The notes: generated by a model not told the origin, from the letters alone. Positions 1 to 13,429 are shown, counted from the stretch's first letter. The stretch: DNA of 64,000 nucleotides from Octopus vulgaris (GCA_951406725.2 OX597814.1:180482001-180546000); one strand, 5' to 3'. Numbers and translations are program-made.

Positions 1-44
1 GACATATATGTATATATACACATATATATACTTATATATATATA

Positions 45-130
<86 letters not shown>

Positions 131-297
131 GTAAACAGAGTTAGCGGTTAGAGTAACCGACTAAGGGATAAAATATCCGTATATACAATCGGTGTTCGTT
201 ACCTGTATTATCCCCAGGCATTGGTGTGCAGGCACATCATGCACACAGAGTGTAGATAACAACAGGATAAACAAAAGTTTATCAGGAACCAATGCAA

Positions 298-793
298 ATA
301 ATTAGAAAATGGAGAAAACCCACACATTAACAAACACTTCGATTGGGCTACATTTATAGCTTATTTTTGAATACAAAGCATGACATAACAAAACAGGTGA
401 CGTAACGTATCTTACGGCCGTTACTGATCGGTTACCGAAATGGTGTCTATAAATAAATGCGAGAATAAAGTTCATCGTCATAGGATATTCGAATTAAGGC
501 AACAGATCTTCATCAAAGTAAAGTACAAGAGATTATAATATATTGTTTATACTGTATGCTCTTGTTTTTTTACTTTGATGAAGATTCGTTGCCTTAATTC
601 GAAAGTCCTATGAAGATGAAGAATTTTATTCTCGCATTTATTTAAAGAGTGCATTTGGAAACCGCTCAGTAACGGCCGTAAGATATGTTATGTCATCTAT
701 TTTGTTATGTTATGTTTTGTGTTAAAAAATGAGCTGCAAATGTGGCCCCATCGATGTGTTTGGTAATCTGTGATTTTCTTCATTTTCTAATTA
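298..793. repeat. Imperfect fold-back (arms ~298-531 / ~559-793), probably a degenerate PLE pseudo-LTR
   Basis: CTTACGGCCGTTACTGA pairs with TCAGTAACGGCCGTAAG, and TTCGAATTAAGGCAAC with GTTGCCTTAATTCGAA. Contains a degenerate TTGATGA...CGAAA hammerhead-like core and is flanked by TA/TATC repeats. Confidence 0.7.
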
Positions 794-912
794 TATATCT
801 ATCTATCTATCTACACACATACATCTCCATATATATACACATACGTATTAGTGTATGTATAGAGATGTATGCGTGTGTATGTGTGTAGATATATATATAT
901 ATATATATATAT

Positions 913-975
<63 letters not shown>

Positions 976-984
976 CATTTTTTT

Positions 985-1572
985 ATGGCTGCCCCCTCGT
1001 TATCGAGTATGGCCATTGCACGAAGCTTAACTGTTACTGGTGCTGTGATCGAATGTGACTTTTTAGCCCAGCTAAAGATCTACAATGTCTTGTACAAAAT
1101 TGGCAACTAAAATTTTTACTGGTAATAGCCGGCTGTACTTGTAACTGGACTTCATGTACCTTTGCATGTCGTTTAAGTCCTCCTGCCGAATTACACTCTC
1201 TTCCACATGGCCGACAGATATGATTAGTATGGTGTGTTACACCACCACCAGTGGCCAGTTTGTCACTCATCTGTCTCGTTTTATGACTACGAAGATGACT
1301 AATGAGTCCAGCCTTACTGAGGCAGGGTCTTGCACAGACATTGCATGTCAGAATCAAAGGAAGACCCTTCCCTTCTGAAAGTGTGACAGCGATGCCCTTC
1401 CTGACATCCCTCCTTACTTTCTCATGTGCAACTCGAGATTTCTCAAACGTGGCTGTCCCCTCATGCACAATCCTTCTCCACCTGCTACGATCAATAGCTA
1501 TGCCTTCCCATATGTCAGGAGAGATGCAAGCACCTCTTAAGGGAGCCTTCAGCATGCCCTTATACCTCTTTT
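985..1572 (-). mobile_element. RTE-clade LINE 3' fragment ending in three C2H2 zinc fingers
   Basis: ORF 1034-1738 has the RTE C-terminal motif (WEGIAIDRSRWRRIVHEG), then CNVC..HLRSH, CRPC..HAKVH and CQFC..HIRSQH. The N-terminal part of the ORF is only (CA)n read-through. Confidence 0.8.
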
Positions 1573-1615
1573 TTTTCATACATACATACATATGCGCACA
1601 TATACACACATACAC

Positions 1616-1716
<101 letters not shown>

Positions 1717-2053
1717 ATGTCACATGGCTTGTTGCCAACTGAATGTGGCAGTCCCAGGAAAGGGAAAATGCTACTGCTATTTAGCCCCAGGAAACACTAT
1801 TTCCAGCTGGCCATGTGACACAAGCGTTCTGAGCCCTTGTGTTTTCAAACAGGGGAGATAAGCATCTCCACCCAGCAAAGCCAGCATCCAGAGACTAGTT
1901 TCAGAGTCATTTCTCATCATCACTCTGTCCATGCTTATTGACCTTTGAAAACATATAGATTTTATGTGAAATACATTCACTGATCTACAAAATTAGAAAT
2001 ATTACATTTCTAAATCTCAGAGAGTTGTATACAGTAGTAGCATATATACATAC

Positions 2054-2192
<139 letters not shown>

Positions 2193-2223
2193 TAAATTTA
2201 GATATAGATATAGATACCTAGAT

Positions 2224-2273
<50 letters not shown>

Positions 2274-2319
2274 GAATAAATGAAAGAATGGAGTCGAACG
2301 AAGATGTTAACAAAATTCC

Positions 2320-2406
2320 TTTACTCTCGACATGTTTCGAAGACAGCATGTTTTCATTCCAAAGGAATAAAGGGTGCATTATGCAATCTTCTCATCAGGA
2401 AAGAAA
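2320..2406 (-). ncRNA. Type I hammerhead ribozyme motif (PLE pLTR copy 1)
   Basis: Minus strand reads TTTCTTTC-CTGATGA-GAAGAT..long loop..GTCTTC-GAAA-CATG-TC-GAGAGTAAA. Palindromic stem III (ACATGT), GUC site. Confidence 0.8.
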
Positions 2407-2682
2407 GGGAGCCTCTCTCGACAACAAGACAAACAAAAATTTCGATGATTGCCTACTGGGTAAACAAAGCGATAATGAGTGTTTTTTTAAAAAAATCGTT
2501 AGAAGAATTGACGTCAAAGTTAGATAGTAGGAAGAGAAGGGATAAAGGAATAATAGGTAGGGAACAAGTGGAGAAGGAAGGGTACGTTGATTGAAAGAAT
2601 GTTCGAAGGCTTAGGAAAGAATTTCTCTATAGTAGTGGGGTGGACGTAAAGCTAATTGTCCAAACCACAGTGACTATCGTTA

Positions 2683-3600
2683 TCATTTATATGAGTAGAA
2701 AGAGTGTTTCTGCCAGTGTTTACATTTGTATGATTTTTCTATGAGTGTGTTTACTAGGGGAACCTTAGAGAAAAGAATATGGAAGAGTTCAGAATTACAA
2801 ATGTTACAAAATCTCCTGCCCTTATCAAAAGGAAAGGATACAGACAGTATGAACCAATCTAACTTGAAAATTATATTGTTGTCTTTAAGACGCCAAACTA
2901 ATTTACTTAGCCTTGTGCAATGTCGCTTTTTACTTTCCCTGAATGTTGAATAGTGGTTTGAAATTCTCTTGGATAACTGGGAAGTGGACGCTCCTATATA
3001 GAAGAAGACATCGGTACCGGAAGAAATTCTACACTGGTAAATAGAATTCTTAATCTTAGAATTACTAGACAAAAATTTAATTCTGTTGGGGTTGTCCTCC
3101 GAGATCGAAACGAAGTTTTTATTGTTATGATTGTTGTTACTATTAATATTATTATTAGCGCTAACAACTACACTATTTCTATTATTATTAGTATTATTAA
3201 TGGTACTACAACCGGTAATACCACCGACAATAATACCGTTATTGCTGTTACCATCAACACTACCATTGTTATTAACACAACTAATACTATTATTAATATT
3301 ATCATTGTTAACACTTTCGCTGCTACCGATGCTGTTACTATTAATACTATTCCTATTATTATGATTGTATGATGGGTTGGAATTAGCAAGATTAGTGTTG
3401 GAACTCCCGGGTGAAGAATCTTTGTTTAGCAGCTTGGTATTGTGGGAAGATATAATTTGTGAAAGATTCCTAGTGTTAGAGAAAGCGATTCTGACCTTGT
3501 GGGAATTGATAATAGAATGATGGGAAGATATAATTTGTGAAAGATTCCTAGTGTTAGAGAAAGCGATTCTGACCTTGTGTGAATTGATAATAGAATGATA
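2683..3600 (-). pseudogene. PLE ORF C-terminus: post-RT region, Asn-rich linker, GIY-YIG endonuclease
   Basis: Manual translation is stop-free from 3600 to 2683 (YHSIINSHKVRIAFSNTRNLSQIISSHN...SIYQCRISSGTDVFFYIGAST...RISNH...CNICNSE...KCKH). Includes an in-frame 78-bp tandem duplication at ~3444-3599. Confidence 0.8.
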
Positions 3601-4011
3601 TCATTCTAGATATCATTTGTAATTCTGAACTCTTCCATATTCTTTTCTCTAAGGTTCCCCTAGTAAACACACTCATAGAAAAATCATACAAATGTAAACA
3701 CTGGCAGAAACACACTTTCTACTCATATAAATGATAACAATAGTCACTGTGGTTTGAACAATTAGCTTTACGTCCACCCCACTACTATAGAGAAATTCTT
3801 TCCTAAGCCCTCGAACATTCTTTCAATCAACGTACCCTTCCCTCTCCACTTGTTCCCTACCTATTATTCCTTTATCCCTTCTCTTCCTACTATCTAACTT
3901 TGACGTCAATTCTTCTAACGGATTTTTTTTAAAAAGCACTCATTATCGCTTTGTTTACCATGTAGGCAATCATCGCAATTTTTGTTTGTCGTGTTGTCGA
4001 GAGAGGCTCCC

Positions 4012-4100
4012 TTTCTTTCCTGATGAGAAGATTGCATAATGCACCCTTTATTCCTTTGGAATAAAAACATGCTGTCTTCGAAACATATGTCGAGAGTAAA
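4012..4100 (+). ncRNA. Type I hammerhead ribozyme motif (PLE pLTR copy 2)
   Basis: CTGATGA at 4020-4026, stem II GAAGAT/GTCTTC, GAAA at 4080-4083, palindromic stem III ACATATGT, GUC at 4089-4091, stem I CTTTC/GAGAG. Confidence 0.8.
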
Positions 4101-4427
4101 GGAATTTTGTTAACATTTTCGTTCGACTCCATTCTTTCATTTATTCATATACAACACACAAATTTCTGCACATGAACCCGGAGTTTCTACCCCTGGACAG
4201 GTCGCTTCAACCGTGTTTCTGACGTGAATTTGCTACCCAGGTTTCGGTTAAACGAATTTTCCATGCTGACGATAAACATAGGATAATTCATTCACCTACT
4301 TAAATATATATATATATACATAAACACACACACATATGCATGCATAATTGTTTTATATAAATATGCCTGTGTATTATATGATATGGTATATTATATTATG
4401 TTATATTATATTATGTTATCTAATATA

Positions 4428-5610
4428 CTAGCAGTAATACCCGTCGTTGATCAGGTAATTACCTTTACTGTTTCCCGGGAGCCACATTGAAAGTTTTATT
4501 ATATACATAATTTATTCTGCCTGTATGTGTGTATTTTTGTAAGAGAAAAATATGTAATAATTGAAGTAGAAAAAAGATGAATTTCATACATGAACCTCCT
4601 GTATGTGTGTGTTTTATAAGAGAAAAAACATGTAATGATTGAAGTACAAAAAAAATCGATTTCATACTTGAATGTAATGATAGTAATGACAAAATAACTT
4701 ATTGAAGTATTTATGTTGCATTAAGAGTGAATATGTCTTTATGAACAATGTTTTTTTGTTTTATTTCGAGGTGCATAAGCAAAAAGATTTGCTTTAGCCC
4801 CCACACTTGATACCCCCTTCATAAATTTTCAAAACTGAACCGGGGGGGGGGCTACCACTACAGATTTAGATTTACTCCTCCTGTATGTGAGTATTTTATA
4901 TGAGAAAAGCAGGTAATAATTGAGGTAGAAAAAAGATGGATTTCATACATGAACTTCTGTTTGGTTATTATATGACAATAATAAATGAGTTCTATGTGTT
5001 ATTTTATTTATCAATACAGTTATGGCAATTATATAATACAGTTCATTTAAATAGGTAATTTAGTCATTCTTGAATGTAACGATAATGATGACAAATTAAG
5101 TTATTGAAGTATTCATGTTGCATTAAGAGTGAATATTTCTTTATAAACATTTTTTTTTGTTATATTTCGGGGTGCATAAACAAAAAAGATTTGCTTTTGG
5201 TCCCACAGGTGATGCACCTATATAAAGATAGGGAAGGGGAAAAGCATGGTTCTTAAAAACATGTAGTAATTGACGATGGAGAATTGAAAGATTCAGTTTC
5301 AACGTAAATGAAGGTAGGAAAATAAGTATATCATATAGAAGAATAGCTTTACGGAATGCAGGTGACTGTGGGATGTCACTGAAAAGGCCACAGATGAAGT
5401 AGAACACCCATTTGTCACGGTTTGTCACAGACAGGTGAGCAGTATTCTGATGTGGACTTAAATTGAGGTTTGTAAAAGACCAGTAGCTGATCAGAGCTGA
5501 AGTATTTTCAAGGATCGACAAAATAATACCAGTCATTTACGCGGAACCATTTAATCCATCAAAATTCGAGACTTTACACCAATGCTGGAGGGACAATCTT
5601 AGCTAATATA
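4428..5610 (-). mobile_element. Non-autonomous Helitron-like element with internal tandem repeats
   Basis: Minus-strand 3' end ACCTGATCAACGACGGGT (hairpin) ATTACTG CTAG-T. Internal ~75-bp units (4521, 4597, 4880) and a ~130-bp duplication (4668 / 5069). The 5' boundary is approximate. Confidence 0.55.
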
Positions 5611-5705
5611 TATGTGTGTGTGTGCATGTTCATGAGCGCATACGAGTTTGTGCGCGTATGTATATAAATACATGTGCATCAGTACATGTGTGTGTGAGTG
5701 AGTGA

Positions 5706-5763
<58 letters not shown>

Positions 5764-6682
5764 GCGCGCGTGTATCTGTGTGCGAAAATGTAGACACTAA
5801 AAAAAAACAGGACCGTATAGCTGGTTAGCAGATTAATGTTGAGTATCAAAGCGCACACTTCTTTATTATTAGTGACAGACCAAAAGTAAGCTTGCCATGC
5901 TAAGTAATGCGCATAAGTACCTTGCAATAATTATCGTAATTTTACTGATAAAAGCATTTTTTTTCTACAAGTGTTGGAGAAAGTGAACTGACAGTTACAT
6001 GTCTCTTAGCGCCTACAGCATATGTGAAAAAGAGTTATTACAGGTAACACACCTTAATCGTTTATGCCGACGTCGTACCGTGCACATCACAGGTTCCAGT
6101 CATCGTAGCAGAGATGACATTAGATTTTTGTTGCTTTAGCTATCAAGAGTGGGAAATTCAAAATGCAGATTATAACTTTAGAAATGTTAAGTTTATTTCA
6201 ACTTTTCACTATTTCTAAGATGTCTGTGTTAGAACTGAGAGAGTAATTTTCGTCTAATTTGACATTTTTCTATTATTATTCAGTGGGTATAAAGTACCTC
6301 ATTTTGCAGCATATGTAATTAAAAGCGCTTAATAAGACACGTGTGAATATTACCAACGTAGATTGCAATTTAAACGTTCTGTCCAATATTGCGTCATAGC
6401 AATGTGATGTTGAATAGAAAATCTCTAGGCAATAACAGAATAAGGCCTATCAAATTTTGACCTCTGAAACTAATACACTTTTGATTTCTCCTGAAGCAGC
6501 TCCTTGTCTGCGTATAATTTCTTTTGATTAACACTTAAGTGACAATCTCAATTCTTAAATACTAATGAGTTGGGCAGAGCAAAAGAAATGAGATGCTGAA
6601 GGGAACGTTATGCGGCAGCTCAATACGCCCATATCGAATGAAAGAACCGGTGATCAGTTTATAATTTCGATCTTTTACAACT

Positions 6683-6852
6683 TTATATGAGAATACTCTT
6701 GCCGTTGTAATAACGCGATACGGATGCGCAAATGTCGGAATTTTTGTCATAAGGCATATGCCTTATCCTGCTTTGGGTCTTCGGCTCCTGACGGGGTAGT
6801 AAGGGCTCTTTCGTGACATTTTCAATCTGATGGAGCTTATCTTTTTCCGGGC
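6683..6852 (-). CDS. Candidate terminal coding exon of an unidentified host gene
   Basis: Strong acceptor TTTTCTGTTTGTCTTTGTGTTTCACTTTCAG| followed by non-repetitive sequence open in phase 1: (G)PEKDKLHQIENVTKEPLLPRQEPKTQSRIRHMPYDKNSDICASVSRYYNGKSILI*. No recognisable homology. Confidence 0.25.
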
Positions 6853-8014
6853 CTGAAAGTGAAACACAAAGACAAACAGAAAATATAAGAGAAAACGAAG
6901 AAATAATCCTGCATGACTCATACTTTATATATCGAGTTCGAAAGGATGAAAGACAAAGTTATTTGAACCCAAGGCCCCGAGAGTTGGAACACCTACCACT
7001 AAACAATCATTGCGAGCTACTCTCTAAAGACTCGGCTAATACACGGCCTTAGAAGGCGCATGATACACTTTTGAACGTGTTAGCAAGAACTCAAAAACAA
7101 ATTATGACACGTTCTTTTCTTATATGTGAGTTTCTAAGTGTGCGAGTGTGTGTCATTTCTTTTAACGTATTGTAACATATATTACGTAGGTATAGACGAT
7201 ATAGAAAGAAAAATAACTACCTTTGCAGGCTATGTTGTGCATACTATCTCGTACATTTCACTGGCTTGACTAAGCATCTTTTGAGAAATCCTAAAATCTT
7301 TCCTTTCTGTAGTGAAGTATTTGTCAGCTTCTAACGAAGTAGTGGCTAATGTATGTCATATACTGTACACAAATATATTACATGGTCTCTTATCTATAGC
7401 AGAAATAGATAGCAATGTGTCGAAAAACACATTTCTCTAAGAAATTAAAGACAAAATGATCTAACGGAAGGGCAATATTTTCACCTGTGTGTCAAAACCA
7501 CTTTACCGACTCGCACTCTACATGTTTACTTATTTATCTATTTATATATTTTTGACAGATTCGGGGACATCAATCAAGTGATGTTATCAATAATGTCAAA
7601 CAGTAATCGAATTGAAGATATATTGCATGGCTGATTTGAGGTTAGTATTACGTTTATATCTCCATCATCGATAGCTACTTGATATTTATTCTTTAGCTTG
7701 CTTTCTTTTTTTTACAGGACAATAGATCCTATGAAGCTGCCTACTATTTTCAGGTAATGTCATAACATTAAACAAATGTAACACTTGAATCCGAGGAAAT
7801 GAATGATGATCAATCTCGGCAAAAAATAATCCAGTAGAGTAAGAAGGTGAAAAATATAAAATATTTTGGACATATATTTCGATCTTTACATGTATAATAT
7901 TTTTTTAAACAGAAATTTGTGCGTTATATGTTTCCCTAAAGAACTTTGAACTGTAATGAACAATGCGTTGATCCATATCAATAAAGTAGCTGGTGAAGAT
8001 GCATGCATAAATAT

Positions 8015-8108
<94 letters not shown>

Positions 8109-9741
8109 CCTCGAATGTATACGAAAACAAGGACGGAAAAACAGACGATGTTACACAAATATAAATACAAAATACAATAAAAATAATAATAATAATAATA
8201 ATAACAAGACATATATATATATACACACACACACTTCGTCCAATCAATGCCAGCATCGAAAACGGACGTTAAATGATGATGATGATGATGATGATGTACA
8301 TATGTAGTTAGTGTGTGTATTTACATAATTAGCAACAGTACTTTGCCTTGATTGCAGTTATAGAAGTATCAAAACACCCTTATAGTCTGTGATCTCCTTG
8401 AAAAGATGTAACCCTATGTAAAATTTCGGTTATTTAGATGAAGAACTGTGACCTACAGCATGGCACATACATTCATACGTGTATACATTCACATTTATTC
8501 ATATATTAAGTTTTTAAAAAATGAACCTGATTCCAAAGGATGAAGTGATGCTTTTCTTTATGTGATTCAGAAGAAAGCGACAAAAGTCCATCAACTTTGT
8601 AGGCCTTCTTAGATGAGGAAGATTGTTGTTGCAAATGTTGCGCTCCCTGAAAATCAGCCGATCAATGTCTGTAGAAAAGGAACTAAGAGATTTGATCTGA
8701 ATACATGTTACAGAGTGGATTTTGCTAAAAGCACTTAGGATTAAGCTGTGGTATTAAACTGAGCAGTGTGTTAGACCCATCACCTAAAGTCGTTTAGGCC
8801 CATTTCTCCTTATTTTGGCACTTCATAGAATTAACGTTCAAATACGGGTGTCAATATAGAGCTTCCCGCTTTAATTTTTTTTCTGTTTTTCATTTAATTA
8901 AAGGAGAGGAAAATGTCGAAAACTTAATAAATCGGTTATTAAAATCGCGTAATCCCAAGGGAAATTAAATCGCTTTAAATCCAAATATAAAGATACTTTC
9001 AGTATGATTATATTTTATTCTTCTTTTCAGGACCGTTGCCATTCAAATATTTGGCATAATGTTTCTAATAATCGTTCAAACTTTATAGCAATTTTGTCCT
9101 GCTGTGTCTAGGACCCCGTAGGGACATCATGGAAAAAGAATAATGCAACTGGAATTTGGAGTCAGATACAAATCGTAGCTATTAAAAGAATACTGGGGGC
9201 AGAAAGAATGATGGATGAAAACAAGGTGGTGGTGGTGGTTTTAATGGTGGGATTGTGGGGGGTCGTTGGAATGATGGTGGGGATGGAGTGGCAACGAAGG
9301 GCTTCAGGGAGATGGAAGAGGGGCAAGGGAAATAATGCTGGAAGACAAAGAATGCAAAATCTGTGCAGCGTTTGGCAACATGCCAACTGATTTGTACTTC
9401 GTTTTACCATCAGGAATTGTGCAAAGAATGTTGATGATGTAAACATTCTCAATTACGTGACACGAAAAGTCGAAGAAATAATAAAAAAAATAAATAACGA
9501 AGACCGGTAGGTGCATTCCTAATGAAAGTTGACGGTGGTAGCTGATTCTGTTATTGGTAGAGGTGGTGGTGGTGGTGGTGGTGCTGGTGCTGGTGCTGGT
9601 GCTGGTGGTGGTGGTGGTATTGGTGGTGGTGGAACTGCTGCCGCTACTTGTTTGCTAGTGTGTCAGGCTGTTGTTACTGTTATCTTAACTGATTTACCGG
9701 TAGAGAGCAGATAGGGGTGTGTGGTGGGAAGCAGGATGAGA

Positions 9742-10108
9742 GAAGAAGAAGAAGAAGAAGAAGAAGAAGAAGAAGAAGAAGGAGAAGGTAAGAAGAAGAA
9801 GAAGAAGAGGAAGAGGAAGAAGAAAAAGAAGAAGAGGAAGAAAAAGAAGAAAAAGAGGAAGAAGAAGAAGAAGACGAAGAAGAAGAAGAAGAAGAAGAAG
9901 AAGAAGAAGAAGAAGAAGAAGGAGAAGAAGGAGGAGGAGAAGAAGAAGAAGAAGAAGGAGAAGGTAAGAAGAAGAAGGAGAAGAAGAAGAAGAAGAAGAA
10001 GGAGAAGAAGAAGAAGAAGAAGAAGAAGAAGGAGGATAAGAAGAAGAAGAAGAAGGAGAAGAAGAAGAAGAAGAAGAAGAAGAAGAAGGAGGAGGAGGAG
10101 GAGGAGGA

Positions 10109-10139
<31 letters not shown>

Positions 10140-10263
10140 AAGAAGAAGAAGAAGAAGAAGAAGAAGAAGAAGAAGAAGAAGAAGAAGAAGAAGAAGAAGA
10201 AGAAGAAGAAGAAGAAGAAGAAGAAGAAGAAGAAGAAGAAGAAGAAGAAGAAGAAGAAGAAGA
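9742..10263 (+). repeat. ~520-bp (GAA/GGA)n polypurine tract
   Basis: Directly visible; the 3' ~150 bp is pure GAA. Confidence 0.95.
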
Positions 10264-10660
10264 ACCGCATGTAATGGAGTATGTTTTGTATGTTTGATAC
10301 TTGATAACTCGTAATTTACAGATCCAATATACAGGTAAAGTATTTCACAAATGCTTTTTGCATATAGAAATGAAATCTGTACCTTCGCAGAAATAATACG
10401 TTCCGCGTTCAAATACCACCGAGGTCAACATCACCCTCCATCCTTTCGGTGCCGATAACATAAATTGCCAGTCAAGTACTAGAATCTCTGGTATCGACTA
10501 TTCCTTTCCACTTAAATTTGCTAACCTTGTTCCTAAATAGTAATCCATTGTTACTACTTTTTGCGCTCCATATTTCGACAAGGTCAAGGTTGCATTTTAG
10601 GTTTTTTTCAGATTTGTTGGCCTTGAGCCTAAGTCATAAGCCATTGTCATTATCGTTATA

Positions 10661-10726
<66 letters not shown>

Positions 10727-10729
<3 letters not shown>

Positions 10730-13071
10730 TAGTTTTATTTTTTATAGCGTGCTTTCACTTCACTACTGAGCGCAGCTCTGTGTGCCTTGGGTATGTGCTG
10801 TTTTTTTTTTTTGTGATGCTCTGATGGTTATTGTATGGAAAGTGTTCTGCGTAGGATGTGTGCAGTGCCTAGTAGTGCAATTTTCTGTATGTTATATGTG
10901 TTTGTAAGTCCTAGTGTTTTTGTTATGTATTTGTCTGAATATTTTTTATCATGCCTAATGCACCTACTATGATAGGAATTGTTTCTGTTTTTAGATTCCA
11001 CATTCTGGTTACCTCCATTTCCAGGTCTTTGTATTTTGAAAGTTTCTCCATTTCTTTTAGAGACACGTTGTCATCTGCCGGTATTGATACATCAATTAGA
11101 AAGCATTTTTTTCTTCGTGATCTCTGACAACTATATCTGGTCTGTTGGCCTTAATTTCTCTATCTGTGTGTATCGGCATATCCCAAAGTATGGTTGCTTT
11201 TTCGTTTTCTGTGACCTTTTCTGGTGTGTGCCTATACCATCTTTTTTCTGTTGTTATTCCATAATGTTGGCATAGCTTCCAGTGTATGTAGGTTCCAACT
11301 CTGTCATGTCTGTGAATATATTCCTTCTTAGCCAGGACTGGGCAGCCAGAGATAATATGATTTATTGTTTCATGTCCATCTCCACATATTCTGCAGTTAC
11401 TTGTTATATTTCTTTTCATTACATGTTTTTGGTAATTTCTGGTGGGGAGGCTTTGGTCTTGTGCTGCAATTAAAAATCCCTCTGTCTCTGCTTTGAGTCC
11501 TGAGCTTCTCAACCATTGCTGGGATTTTTCTTTGTCTATTTCTTTTGCATTTAGTTTAGCCCAGTATTTACCGTGAAGGGGTTTTTCTTGCCATCGTTTT
11601 ATCATGGTTCTTTGCTGTTCTAGTTTTAGTTTGGATTTCATTTGTTTTATAGCATTTGTTTCTTCTTCATCATCTTCTTCTTCTTCTTCTTCTTCTTCTT
11701 CTTCTTCTTCTTCTTCTTCTTCTTCTTCTTCTTCTTCTTCTTCTTCTTCTTCTTCTTCTTCTTCTTCTTTATATTTGTTAGGTGGTATGATTTCTTGTTT
11801 GTATTTGTCAGCTTCCTTAAATACTGAGAACAGTTTTTTTGTTTTTCTCGTGTTTTGCCGCTATTTGTATCAGTTTTCCTTCCTTCTGAAGTAGATATTT
11901 TTGCAGTCCTATGGTGGTTATTTTATAGTAGTTTTCCAGCTGTATAAGGCCTCTACCACCTTCTATACGGTGTATATATAGTCTTTCTATGTCAGTTTTT
12001 GGGTGATGCATCCTAGACCCTGTCATTATTTTTCTTGTTTTCCTATCTATTTTGGTCAGTTCATTTAGTGTCCAGTTAAGGATATTGTAGCTGTAACTTA
12101 TAACTGGGACAGCTAAAGTGTTAATACCTATTATCTTGTTTTTAGCATTGAGCTCTGTTTTTAGTATTGATCTAACTCGTCTATAATATTCTTTCTTTAT
12201 TTTCTCTTTCATTTGTGTGTGTTGTGTCTTATCTAGTTCATGGAATCCTAAGTATTTGTAAGTTTGGCTTTGGTCCAATTCTTTTATTTCATTGGTTTTA
12301 TCTAGTGTGATGTTGCTACTCTTAACTAGTTTTCCTCTTTTCATGGTTACTTTGGCGCATTTTTCTAATCCAAATTTCATATCTATTTCTTTGGTAAATC
12401 CATGAACTGTCTTTAATAGTGTTTCCAGCTGTTTGTCATTTGCAGCGTATAGTTTTAGGTCATCCATATATAAAAGGTGGCTGATCGTTTTGCCGTAACA
12501 TTTATATCCGCATTCAGTTCTATTTAGCATATCAGATAGAGGTGACAGTGCCAAGCAGAAAAGGAGTGGAGAGAGCGTGTCTCCCTGGAATATTCCTCTT
12601 CTAATGGGGATGGCTTTGGTTTTCATGAGTCCCTCTTTTGTTTGGAGGTGTAGGACTGTTTGCCATTTATTCATAGAGTGCCCAACGAATTTTATAATTG
12701 TTGGTGCTACTTTGTTAATGGCTAGTGTTTCGAGGATCCATGTGTGAGGGATGCTATCAAACGCCTTTTTGTAGTCAATCCAGGCCATACTGAGGCCTTT
12801 CTTCTTTCTGTGGCTGTCTTCAGTTATGGCTTTATTGATCATTAGTTGATCTTTACAGCCGTATGAGCCTTTGCGGCATCCTTTCTGCTCTTCTGGAAAC
12901 AGGTTGTTTTCGTCTAGGTGCTTGTTCAACCTTTGCGATATCACTGCAGTAAATGCCTTGTACATCGTAGGGAGATAGGTTATTGGTCTGTAGTTTTCTG
13001 GTTTTGCTGTCTCATTTGATTTGGGAATTAAGATGGTTTTCCCCTTCGTGAGCCATTCAGGCATTGTCTCT
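10727..13071 (-). mobile_element. R4/Dong-type RLE non-LTR retrotransposon (family A), 5'-truncated and frameshifted
   Basis: RT motifs YRPIT, QKGC, IDYKKAFDS, GIFQGDTLSP, YMDD; CCHC knuckle CRICGDGHETINHIISGC; RHD and RPDIVV restriction-like endonuclease motifs. (TAA)n on both sides. Confidence 0.93.
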
Positions 13072-13072
13072 G

Positions 13073-13152
<80 letters not shown>

Positions 13153-13161
13153 TATTGTTAT

Positions 13162-13350
13162 TTTGGTTTGGCTCAGATTCGGTCTTATTCCTGGTAGGAA
13201 TTGTGTGGATAGCGGGTTACTAGATGTAACCTTAGGTGTCCACAAATTTTCAGGAGTCTTTTAGGTGCTTAGAACCCTGCTGAAAATCCTTGCTGTCCCG
13301 AAGAGACAAACCTTCTGTAGAAGCTCTACTGCGCACTCCATTTCAATCTC
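13162..13350 (-). mobile_element. 3'-end fragment of another R4/Dong-like family
   Basis: Encodes VELLQKVCLFGTARIFSRVLST* (compare IQKIALLGTAHILRR) with a different 3'UTR; lies between two (TAA)n tracts. Confidence 0.7.
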
Positions 13351-13366
13351 ATTATTATTACTATTA

Positions 13367-13429
<63 letters not shown>

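Larger units (their letters stand above)
2271..4300 (-). mobile_element. 5'-truncated Penelope-like element with inverted pseudo-LTR (arms ~2271-2803 / ~3614-4149)
   Basis: GIY-YIG ORF on the minus strand, a ~530-bp near-identical inverted copy of its 3' end, a hammerhead in each copy, and (TA)n flanks. Confidence 0.85.

Noticed and set aside
9208-9390. Small membrane-protein ORF
   Set aside because: The hydrophobic stretch derives from GGT repeats and nothing else supports it.
9663-10412. Long poly-L/F/R/K ORFs
   Set aside because: Translations of the (GAA)n tract. The same applies to the many YIYI/THTH/VCVC ORFs across the window.
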